From NCBI GenBank assembly GCA_964636085.1, contig CAZWPQ010000004.1:979-64978 (forward strand): a stretch of 64,000 nt of DNA, written 5' to 3'. The position numbers and the translations under genes were made by a program. The DNA comes from an uncultured Nitrososphaerota archaeon (GTDB lineage Archaea; Asgardarchaeota; Njordarchaeia; Njordarchaeales; Panguiarchaeaceae). This document shows positions 18,627-27,223 of this stretch, one piece after another. Each line of letters starts with the position of its first letter. Positions within the stretch are counted from its first letter, which is position 1. The notes under the pieces were generated by a model. That model worked only from the letters and a program-made list of their open reading frames with translations, searched no databases and was not told where the DNA came from.

Positions 18627-19109
18627 CTACTCACCCTCCTCCTTAAAATCTTTTCTAAGTGGATGATAATCTTCAGGGAGATCTTTCCTAAGAAAGATCC
18701 TATCCAGGTTTGGATGACCCTCAAATTTTATGCCTACTAGGTCATATACTTCTCTCTCATATATAAGTGCTATATCAAACAGGTCGACTATTGAGGGAGC
18801 TACGGGGTTATCTCTAGGAATTGTCGACTTCAAACATAAGATGGGATATCCAGTAATTTCATATGGGATCAGATGATATATAAGTTCCATCTTACCCTCA
18901 TCTATAAGATCGGTCCCAGTAATCGTTGTGAGATGACTATATCCCTTCTCCTTTAGGTGTTTGAGCAAATCCCTAAGCTTGTCTATGGGAATGGTAGTCC
19001 AAGCAACACCATGTTTATCGACATCTACCTTAGACCCAGGCACGATCTCTCCTATCCATTTTTGCAAATTATCAATACCCTCTTTTGTAGGCTCAGTCAC
19101 ATAGCTCAT
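18627..19109 (-). CDS. NuoC/30-kDa-like hydrogenase subunit (EchD/MbhK-like)
   Basis: 160 aa. 'EREVYDLVGIKFEGHPNLDRIFLRKDLPEDYHPLRKDF' is the NuoC signature region. It sits between the small and large subunits. Confidence 0.8.
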   Translation of the reverse strand: MSYVTEPTKEGIDNLQKWIGEIVPGSKVDVDKHGVAWTTIPIDKLRDLLKHLKEKGYSHLTTITGTDLIDEGKMELIYHLIPYEITGYPILCLKSTIPRDNPVAPSIVDLFDIALIYEREVYDLVGIKFEGHPNLDRIFLRKDLPEDYHPLRKDFKEEGE

Positions 19110-19562
19110 CTATATCCCCACCTCTCCTTTTTCGATTTTTTCAATCAATGTAGCAACAGCATCAATTATTGTTTCGGGCCTTGGAGGACAACCAACAACA
19201 TATGCATGAACAGGTATAACTTTATCAACACCACCTAGGGTATTTGGTGCCCCCTCAAAGGTTGCGCCAGAAACTGCACACGTACCAATAGCCACGACAA
19301 ATTTTGGGTCAGGAGTCTGTTCATATATTCTCTTTAACAACTCCGCGTTCTTCTTATTTACTGGGCCTGTTACTAGGAGGACATCTGCATGTCTAGGAGA
19401 GCCCACGAGTTTTATACCAAACCTTTCTAAATCATACTTAGGGGTTAGCGCATCTAGAATCTCTATATCGCAGCCATTACATCCCCCAGTGTTTACATGA
19501 AAAACCCACAGACTCCTCTTAAAGGCCCATCTTTTAACTTTCTTGACCACACTCCTCACCAA
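19110..19562 (-). CDS. NuoB/20-kDa-like [NiFe]-hydrogenase small subunit (EchC/MbhJ-like)
   Basis: 150 aa. Four Cys for one [4Fe-4S] cluster are present: 'GGCNGCDIE', 'IGTCAVSG', 'GCPPRPE'. The start codon is TTG. Confidence 0.85.
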   Translation of the reverse strand: MVRSVVKKVKRWAFKRSLWVFHVNTGGCNGCDIEILDALTPKYDLERFGIKLVGSPRHADVLLVTGPVNKKNAELLKRIYEQTPDPKFVVAIGTCAVSGATFEGAPNTLGGVDKVIPVHAYVVGCPPRPETIIDAVATLIEKIEKGEVGI

Positions 19563-19582
19563 TATTAATCATGTAATAGCTT

Positions 19583-19590
19583 CTATAAAA
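19583..19590 (-). promoter_or_regulatory. TATA-like box for the hydrogenase operon
   Basis: The minus strand reads 'ttttatag', centred about 25 nt upstream of the TTG start at 19562. This is consistent with a leaderless archaeal transcript. Confidence 0.35.
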
Positions 19591-19644
19591 GATGAATATT
19601 TACATGCAAAGATCGATAGTTCTCAGCATACATGAGGTTACTTG

Positions 19645-19653
19645 TTTATATTA
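19645..19653 (+). promoter_or_regulatory. TATA-like box for dcd
   Basis: 'tttatatta' lies about 36 nt upstream of the ATG at 19685, with 'ggtg' just before the ATG. Confidence 0.3.
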
Positions 19654-19684
19654 TTTTTTATCAGTACCTTTAGTGGTGCATACA

Positions 19685-20206
19685 ATGAAAATTCTGAATA
19701 GGAAAGAAATATTATCTCTTGTTCAAAGTGGCGACTTGATTATATATCCATTCGACGAATCTTGCTTAAGCGAGATTACGTATGATATAAAACTTGCAGA
19801 TGAGTTTGTTGCCATAGAGACACATATCACATCCACAATAGACCCAAATAACTTAGATAATGTAAAGCGGGTAGAGATAAAAAAAGATGAGGTTTACCTG
19901 CAACCCCACGGTTTTATATTGGGCAAGAGCCTAGAGTGGATTGAGCTACCCAACGATGTATTAGCAATGATCTCTGGGAAATCTGGATTAGCGAGGCTTG
20001 GGATACAGGTAGAGACGGCATATCTTCTCCAGCCAGGCCATAAGGGCTATGTTGTCCTCGAAATAAACAACAGAAACTTGGTACCAATAAAACTAAGGAA
20101 AAATATGCGGATTGCACAGTTGCTATTCTTTAAGCTAGATGAACCCGTTAGGCCGTATCACGAAATAGGAAGATTTGGTGTTCAAAGGAAGATAAGGATA
20201 CTTTAA
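19685..20206 (+). CDS. dcd: dCTP deaminase family protein (possibly bifunctional dCTP deaminase/dUTPase)
   Basis: 'MKILNRKEILSLV..GDLIIYPF', 'GKSGLARLGI' and 'GHKGYVVLEINN...PIKLRKNMRIAQLLF' match Dcd. The ORF track extends to 19592, but the first 31 residues are not Dcd-like and overlap the promoter region. Confidence 0.85.
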   Translation: MKILNRKEILSLVQSGDLIIYPFDESCLSEITYDIKLADEFVAIETHITSTIDPNNLDNVKRVEIKKDEVYLQPHGFILGKSLEWIELPNDVLAMISGKSGLARLGIQVETAYLLQPGHKGYVVLEINNRNLVPIKLRKNMRIAQLLFFKLDEPVRPYHEIGRFGVQRKIRIL

Positions 20207-20254
20207 CATAATGAGGTCCTGATTTTTTGACCCACAATCCATAAGTGGGGAGTA

Positions 20255-22723
20255 TCAGACCTTGGATTTCTCAACCAGATATAGGGCGGGGGCTATAAGG
20301 GCAAGATATTTGCAGCGTTGTTCTTCGTCCTCAATACCTCTGACCTCTTCAATTAGCTTGTTTAGAATCTCTTCGGCTTCGCTAAGGTTCTTTGATTTTG
20401 CATATGTCGATGCTATTCTTATTAAAAACCGCATCTTGGTATCGTAATCCGTTATTTTATTACATTTCTCCATAGTTTTTTTCAATATATCTGCAACCTC
20501 CTCAGCTTTCGGCGTCTTCACTAATTCACTCGCATAGCAGATATATGTATCTACCTCATCCACAATGTTCATTGATATACTTAGAGCCGTATCTAAAGCC
20601 TCTTCATACCTCTCATTTTTGACATATTCCTTTATTAGAGATGATCTCACCAATGGTAATGCTGACTCTAGACCCTCTAATTGCAGAAGTTCAAATACTA
20701 CTGAGTACCAGCCCGCGAAAAGAAGCCATGTTATAATTTTTATGAGTACTTTCGTTCTTAGTTTTGATGGAAGTTCATTTACATGTTCTAGGGACTTTTT
20801 GAGCAACTCATTTGATCTTTCGTCACCCAATACATAAAGCGCAGAAGCATAATATCCATAGCTCTCAGCCAAAATTTTATTAGAGAGTATATTGTCCTTA
20901 CTTGTTGTTTTTATGCCTTCCAGACGCTTAATTGCCTCGTTTAACGAATTCTTGTAGTCTTTTTCGCGACCATGAAATTTAAATACAATAGCTAGATCCA
21001 ACCTAATTTTGGCCTCCTCGACAGGATCTACATCGATTTTTCTCTTCACCTCATTTACAGTCTTTATAGTCATCTTTAATAGTCCTGGAAGTTCACTACA
21101 AAGCTTCAATGCACATCTGTGTTCCATAGCAAGTAATATATCAAGTCTTTTTTTCGTATCTGAAATCAACTCCAAGCATGATAATGCATCAGTCACATCT
21201 CCCTCTATCGCAAGTTTTCTCGCTACCCTAGAGATAAGCTCTTCTAGACGCTCTTTCTCAGGTACAAGCGTAAGGATTTTCTCTATCCCCACACACCTTA
21301 GTCTTGTCAGTATTTCCTCAGCAATTCTCTCTACAGCCAAGTCCTTGTACTTTGGAATCGTGATTTCGTCCAATATCCTCGTAACCTTGATGGGGAGTGG
21401 TATCTCCTTCTCTAGGGAAACCAGTTTCTCATGGAGCCGCTTGTCAAAATCTACCTCTTCAAGCTTATCGGGATAGTTTTTTATTGCCTCGATGAGGGAC
21501 TTTAAGTAATATATTGGGAATTGAGGATCTAGTTTCCTCTCCTTGGTTACTATGATGTCATTGATGTAGTCGTCCAATATTTTCGCTCCTCCACTTATCC
21601 TACCCTGCGAATATAGCATGTATGCATACTTAAACAATAACACTGGTTTCATCTTCAGATCCTCCCAATATATGGGGACCTTCAGTACCTCCTCTAGCAT
21701 ATCCTTGAAGCCACATTCCGCTATATCCTCAATTATATCGAGTAGCGCTGGGAGATTTATTTTTTCTAAGTCTCCTGGCGTGATTCGACTAAAGAGATCC
21801 TTCCATTGTGCATTATTGTATTTCCTTAGCACGATGCTGATTCGCAGTAGTGCTTCAACATTTTTTCCCAATGCCATATTTGCCCTCCTTACCAATTCTT
21901 TAATTTTTTGGTCATCTTCGCCATTTCTTAGTGCATTTTCGAAGATTATCTCCATGAGGGAACTCTTATTTGTGTCGGAGTCAAGATAGCTCGAAAATTT
22001 TATGGCTTCCTCATAAAACCCATGCCTAGACGCGACATCACAGGCTTCGATTATAAGAGTGGCTTTTCTTGCCTCATCAAGATTCTTTACTTTTGGCAAT
22101 ATCTTTTGTAGGAGCCTAATCCCATCAGTCTTGTCACCTATGCACATCCGCAGGTATGCACACTTGATTTCATCCATAACTTTAAAGAATTCCCTCATGA
22201 ATGTAAACTCCTTTGTTTTTATCAATGAGCAAAAACTATTTGCGAATCCTCTAGAGCGTGTGAAGTCGCCTAGAAAGCTCAGTATGACGGCCATATTATA
22301 GCATATGTCTTCGTCATTATAGTCTACAGATTTCAATGACTTTAGAAAGTTCTTTAATATTTCTATTAGCTCTTTCTGGTCTAGTTTATTCTCAACCACG
22401 ACTTCAGCTAGAATCTCAAGCTTTTCCTCTGACGGTATCTTCTCGATTGAGTCCCTAAAAATATCTGCAACACCGTTCTTCGCAGCTATTAGGGCCAACC
22501 TTTTATAGAACTCAGATTTTAGCTCATCAGATAATTCTTCAGTTATTCTATCGAGCATTGATACATAATCATTCTTTAATAATATCTCCGAGACCCCCTC
22601 CAAAGCTAAGAGCTTGTCGTCGTCATCCCTTATCATTTTCAGTAGTAGCTTAATATTTTCTAGCGCTATCTCTAGAGAAGCATCCATAAATCTCCCACCA
22701 AACGCTACTCCAATATTTGACAT
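20255..22723 (-). CDS. Large all-alpha helical-repeat (TPR/HEAT-like) protein, function unknown
   Basis: 822-aa ORF, E/K/L-rich, with a helical-repeat character throughout. No catalytic motif recognised. Confidence 0.55.
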   Translation of the reverse strand: MSNIGVAFGGRFMDASLEIALENIKLLLKMIRDDDDKLLALEGVSEILLKNDYVSMLDRITEELSDELKSEFYKRLALIAAKNGVADIFRDSIEKIPSEEKLEILAEVVVENKLDQKELIEILKNFLKSLKSVDYNDEDICYNMAVILSFLGDFTRSRGFANSFCSLIKTKEFTFMREFFKVMDEIKCAYLRMCIGDKTDGIRLLQKILPKVKNLDEARKATLIIEACDVASRHGFYEEAIKFSSYLDSDTNKSSLMEIIFENALRNGEDDQKIKELVRRANMALGKNVEALLRISIVLRKYNNAQWKDLFSRITPGDLEKINLPALLDIIEDIAECGFKDMLEEVLKVPIYWEDLKMKPVLLFKYAYMLYSQGRISGGAKILDDYINDIIVTKERKLDPQFPIYYLKSLIEAIKNYPDKLEEVDFDKRLHEKLVSLEKEIPLPIKVTRILDEITIPKYKDLAVERIAEEILTRLRCVGIEKILTLVPEKERLEELISRVARKLAIEGDVTDALSCLELISDTKKRLDILLAMEHRCALKLCSELPGLLKMTIKTVNEVKRKIDVDPVEEAKIRLDLAIVFKFHGREKDYKNSLNEAIKRLEGIKTTSKDNILSNKILAESYGYYASALYVLGDERSNELLKKSLEHVNELPSKLRTKVLIKIITWLLFAGWYSVVFELLQLEGLESALPLVRSSLIKEYVKNERYEEALDTALSISMNIVDEVDTYICYASELVKTPKAEEVADILKKTMEKCNKITDYDTKMRFLIRIASTYAKSKNLSEAEEILNKLIEEVRGIEDEEQRCKYLALIAPALYLVEKSKV

Positions 22724-22939
22724 TAAAAAAAGATTATTATAAAGTAGGACATTAGTTAGGGATATAGATGGCCCACATCACAATTCCATAGGGCTATTTT
22801 GTTAGTCTAAATAACCAACACATACCGATAGAAACTAAAGAATGATAGCCAATAAAACACTTTAAAATATAACCAGTGGGGGGGCTATAAATGATTATTC
22901 TTACCAAAAAATTATCTTATCATAAATACTTAATATCGT

Positions 22940-25900
22940 CTATGTTCTCCTACGGATGCCCCAGAAAAGATATACTAGTGTGACCATAAGTATTACCAAA
23001 ATTACTACTACGAGTATCCAGATCCATGCGCCCTTCCTGATCGCAAGGTAGAATATATATGTGGACGTGGATTTATTCAGATTTACATCAGAGCAGCTTA
23101 TTATTATTGAGATAGTATCACATTCTTCGTAGATCAACAAGTTAGATAATTCTGAGCCAGATATATTAACCTCAACAATAACATCATTATTCTCATGCTT
23201 GTACTCTATGGCGTAGTTTTCGACATTGCTTATTGTTATATTTATCGACTCCACTATTATTCCTGTATCGTCAGATAATCTAAATGCTATAGTTACATTT
23301 TCGGGTCTGTCTGGATCTATTGATAGCTTACTCCCATTATCGGGAGATAAAATTGTGATGGATGGGGGATTCTCCTCATCCTTTTCCACACCTATCGTTA
23401 TGGATGAGATCGTATAAAATCCATCCACGTCATAGGCTATACACTTTATATAGGCCGGCCCCGCAATATCAAGCTGTATTCTAGCAAACCAACGCCCATT
23501 CTCAGAATCATACTGGGCAGAATTTGACTCCTCGGTAAACATGCTAGAGTAATTCACAACTATGTTCGTTACTGGCGAGGAATTATATGCATATACTGTT
23601 ACACTCTCTCCCCTCGCCACACTCCATCTCGTAGCGGTAAGACCGTATATCTGGTACCTATATGTCAGAATAAAGTCTACTAGATTCCTAGTGAATGCCT
23701 TTACGTTAGACCCATTAACTCCACACCCAGGATATAGCGATAGAAAAGCCCAGTTATCAAAGACAAAGTTTGTTCCAAGAGCTATAACTCCCCCAGAATT
23801 ATTATTCTGTACAACCACCCCTAATTGTGATGAGCCATTTTTCAAGAAAACCCCCCCCATGCCACCCGTCAGCTTTAGGGTAATTCCATAATAGGGTAAC
23901 TCGTCGATATCTTTAACAAGAATGTGCTTACCTACAGCGTTTACCGCGATGGGGTTTCCATACCTGCGAATATATTCATTCACAAATTCAATACCGAATG
24001 GCTCCAGTAGCCCATTTATGTTAGTTAGGTTATGATAAACCGTACCAGCCTGTATACCAGCTAGCGCAAAAATTAGTAGGAATCCCCCACCCTTTATATA
24101 TTCCCATATAGCCTCTATCTCTTTTTCTGTGAAGTAATCAGTTGTGTAGCCAGTCAATTCGCCTTTCCCACTAAACAGATACTCTGCGGAAGCCGTATCT
24201 GGACATAGGAGAAGATCGTATTTAACGAGGCGATCAAAGGATATTTCTGGCGCATTATGGTACAGATATTCAACCGATATATTGTATAGTGTCTCCAGTT
24301 CTCTAATAAACAATCTGTACTGACCATACCCATGATCTATGACCCAGCTCGTATGTCTTAGATCAATCAGTATTCTTGCTCTTGGCCTCAAGACATCAAA
24401 CTCTATTGGCACCTCTATGGAAATGTTGTTATCTGTATCCAAGAATACTATTTTTCCACTATAATATCCAAGTGCAGTAGGCTTTATGGTTGCGTTGAAT
24501 TCCCACAAGGATATAGGGGGGTATATAATCTTCCCTGTTGGTGAGTGTAGTTCTAATGCATCAGTGATGTTTCCCTGAAGTACCACGGATAGCTCAAATT
24601 GCCTGCTACATACAACCGTGAAATTGAATACTATTGTTTGGTTCTGAAATACCCTATCTATGTATGGAAAATATGGTTCATGCGTAACCAAGCTCGAGTT
24701 GCTAATACCCACTGGTATTTTTCTCGGAAGAATAGTAATCCATTGAGGTATCGTACTCGCATTGATATCACTACTGTTAAGCTCAATATATGCTGCAGTC
24801 ATGTTTAATAATCCCGCTCCTATAATCAGATCCTCGTATCTTATTAGTCCTTCTAAAGATGAAACATAAAGCGGAGAAGCAGTATGCATTATCAGGGCCC
24901 TAGAGACCGCTGGCCAATGTTGCTTTGGTATACCCTTAGACTTTAGATAATCCAGAACAAGGGCTAAGGATCCCGCAACATGCGGAGATGAGAAACTTGT
25001 ACCAGCAACAGGGCCCGTGTACCCCCCATTCAGACTCAACACATATACATCTGAGGGCGCTGCTATATCTGGCTTAACGATAAGTCTAAGCGATGGACCT
25101 ATTGATGTATAGTACTCCACGTCATCATAGTCGGGAGATACTGCTCCTACAGCTATAGAATATGGCGAGTTGGCAGGATCATTTATACTCATTGAACCTA
25201 TTTGTGTGTCCCCCTCATTGCCGGCAGCACATACAACAATTATGCCCTCTTCTATGGCGTTTTGTATAGCCAAATATGTTGGTGAACCATAAATCTCTCC
25301 CGATCCTAATGATAAGTTTATTATGTCGGCCTCATCACCGGTATCAGGCGTACTGTCTGGCCCAAGTGTTGCCCATTCTATCGCTGCTATCACACCCGCT
25401 AGAGTTATTGTTCCATCACTAGCAAAAACTCTTGCATTCATTAAATATGCGTCAGGAGCCATGCCTTGACCACGTTGATCTATTCCAGCACCAGCGATTA
25501 TGCCAGCGACCATTGTGCCGTGACCATATACATCGTCAGGGTCTGTTTCATCTGAGGAGTATCCATATTCCTTAAGTACGAATGATTTGCTACTGACCAC
25601 TCTACCCTCAAGTTCGGGGTGCGAGGAGTATATTCCTGTATCTATGACACATACACGTATTCCTTCCCCAGTATACCCATTACTCCAAAAAGTTGTTGCC
25701 CCTACTATTGAGGCTGTATGCAGAGTTGTTGCTCCTTTTATGGATCTATATAGTGGTTTGATCTGGTATTTCCTATTTGCATATATCCCCGAAACAAAAT
25801 CTTCTATCCCCCGCATTCTTAGCAATTTGTATATGTCCCCTCTAGCCAGTATTGCTGGGATGATTTTATATCTATGCAGTACTTTTACTACTCCATCCAG

Positions 25901-26122
25901 TCTCTTAAGGATCCTGTACATAGCGGAATTTTCCTTGAAAAGTATCAAGAAGGTCTCGTCTCCTTTTTTGTTTAGTAGCTCGGAATCCACATGGAGTTTG
26001 TTATCTATGGCTATTCTCAATTCTGTATCTGCCCAGTTTTGGGGCTCCAACCATACTAGTATTGGCAGTATTATTGTGGCTAGTAGAAATACTGCTTTTG
26101 CTTTGTTCATCAATAACACCAA
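22940..26122 (-). CDS. Subtilisin-like serine protease (S8), secreted and C-terminally membrane-anchored
   Basis: 1060 aa. The catalytic residues are D 'VCVIDTGI', H 'GHGTMVAGI', N 'AAGNEG' and S 'GTSFSSPHVAG'. It has an N-terminal signal-like segment, a C-terminal TM 'WIWILVVVILVILMVTLVYLFW' plus an RRRT tail, and many N-x-S/T sequons. Confidence 0.9.
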   Translation of the reverse strand: MVLLMNKAKAVFLLATIILPILVWLEPQNWADTELRIAIDNKLHVDSELLNKKGDETFLILFKENSAMYRILKRLDGVVKVLHRYKIIPAILARGDIYKLLRMRGIEDFVSGIYANRKYQIKPLYRSIKGATTLHTASIVGATTFWSNGYTGEGIRVCVIDTGIYSSHPELEGRVVSSKSFVLKEYGYSSDETDPDDVYGHGTMVAGIIAGAGIDQRGQGMAPDAYLMNARVFASDGTITLAGVIAAIEWATLGPDSTPDTGDEADIINLSLGSGEIYGSPTYLAIQNAIEEGIIVVCAAGNEGDTQIGSMSINDPANSPYSIAVGAVSPDYDDVEYYTSIGPSLRLIVKPDIAAPSDVYVLSLNGGYTGPVAGTSFSSPHVAGSLALVLDYLKSKGIPKQHWPAVSRALIMHTASPLYVSSLEGLIRYEDLIIGAGLLNMTAAYIELNSSDINASTIPQWITILPRKIPVGISNSSLVTHEPYFPYIDRVFQNQTIVFNFTVVCSRQFELSVVLQGNITDALELHSPTGKIIYPPISLWEFNATIKPTALGYYSGKIVFLDTDNNISIEVPIEFDVLRPRARILIDLRHTSWVIDHGYGQYRLFIRELETLYNISVEYLYHNAPEISFDRLVKYDLLLCPDTASAEYLFSGKGELTGYTTDYFTEKEIEAIWEYIKGGGFLLIFALAGIQAGTVYHNLTNINGLLEPFGIEFVNEYIRRYGNPIAVNAVGKHILVKDIDELPYYGITLKLTGGMGGVFLKNGSSQLGVVVQNNNSGGVIALGTNFVFDNWAFLSLYPGCGVNGSNVKAFTRNLVDFILTYRYQIYGLTATRWSVARGESVTVYAYNSSPVTNIVVNYSSMFTEESNSAQYDSENGRWFARIQLDIAGPAYIKCIAYDVDGFYTISSITIGVEKDEENPPSITILSPDNGSKLSIDPDRPENVTIAFRLSDDTGIIVESINITISNVENYAIEYKHENNDVIVEVNISGSELSNLLIYEECDTISIIISCSDVNLNKSTSTYIFYLAIRKGAWIWILVVVILVILMVTLVYLFWGIRRRT

Positions 26123-26186
26123 TTGGAAATGTAAAATGGATGTATAAAAGAATCAATTATACTGATGCTCTTCCCTAACCGCCTAT

Positions 26187-27176
26187 TTAGCCTCCACCAG
26201 CTTTTAGGTTTTGTGGAATTAGGTCTGGGTTCATAGCGAGCGCAAGGGCTCCATAGAGAACAACATTTTCGCCTAGCGGTGTGATTGTTATTTTGGGCAT
26301 CCTATTTATGATGTATTTTTCGACATAGCTTAATATTGGATCGAATACCAAATACCTAGGATTTCTTAAGACTATGGATCCCCCAACCGATATTACCTCT
26401 GGATCGAATGCATTCGTCACACTTGCAAAACCTACGGCGTTGATAATGGCTATGTGTTTCAATATTTCTCTCGATAAATCATCCTCCTTCTCGGCACATT
26501 CGACGAGGATTTTATAGTCGACACCGTATTTGTCTGCATACTCTGATAGCATACTATTCTTGAATTTTTCGTCGCCATATATCGTGTCTATTAATAGCCC
26601 AACAAATCTGTGAATATTTGACCCAGAAGTATAGGCCTCCCAGTGACCGTAGCCACCACACCCACACCTAAGCCTACCCTCGTAGTCTACAACAAGATGA
26701 CCTATCTCCACAGCATTACCATCCTTTCCAAACAATACCTTGTTATCTACAATAGCCCCGCCGCCTATGCCACTACTCAATGTGATGTAGACAATATTAC
26801 TATGGCCCTTGCCTGCTCCAAAATATTTCTCACCTATAACAGCGGCGGTACAATCATTAACCATTAATACGGGAACATTAAGCATATCCTGTAGATAGGA
26901 CACTACTGGTATATTATGGATCTCTATGTTAGGGGAGTTCAGAATAAACCCCTTCTTCATATCTATTGGTCCGATAGATCCTATGCCGACAGCAACTATA
27001 TTGGATGCCTGAAGATATTTTACTGCGTCATAGATCCTCTCCAAGAACTGTTGCCTTGATCCCTTCTTAAGCGTTCCTATTTTGACGCACTTTTTTATCT
27101 CTCCAGATTCTCCACATAGCGCAACACGGATCCATGTTGCCCCAATATCGATAGCTATATATTCTGCCCTATCCAT
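26187..27176 (-). CDS. ROK-family sugar kinase (glucokinase-like)
   Basis: 'IAIDIGATWIRVAL', 'NDCTAAVIGE', 'ITLSSGIGGGAIV' and the Zn motif 'GHLVV...CGCGGYGHWE' are present. The start is taken at M41 of the tracked ORF (27176), because the longer ORF overlaps the ATPase gene. Confidence 0.85.
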   Translation of the reverse strand: MDRAEYIAIDIGATWIRVALCGESGEIKKCVKIGTLKKGSRQQFLERIYDAVKYLQASNIVAVGIGSIGPIDMKKGFILNSPNIEIHNIPVVSYLQDMLNVPVLMVNDCTAAVIGEKYFGAGKGHSNIVYITLSSGIGGGAIVDNKVLFGKDGNAVEIGHLVVDYEGRLRCGCGGYGHWEAYTSGSNIHRFVGLLIDTIYGDEKFKNSMLSEYADKYGVDYKILVECAEKEDDLSREILKHIAIINAVGFASVTNAFDPEVISVGGSIVLRNPRYLVFDPILSYVEKYIINRMPKITITPLGENVVLYGALALAMNPDLIPQNLKAGGG

Positions 27177-27223
27177 ACTCAAACCCACACCCAATCCTAA
27201 TATGGCATTCTGGACACAAACAA

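Noticed and set aside
19592-19684. N-terminal extensions offered by the ORF track for dcd (19592), the ROK kinase (27296), AlaX (39945) and the first archaeal ATPase (36618).
   Set aside because: The extra residues are hydrophobic or Cys-rich junk that is not part of the respective families. They overlap promoter elements or the neighbouring gene, and internal ATGs with TATA or SD support were preferred.
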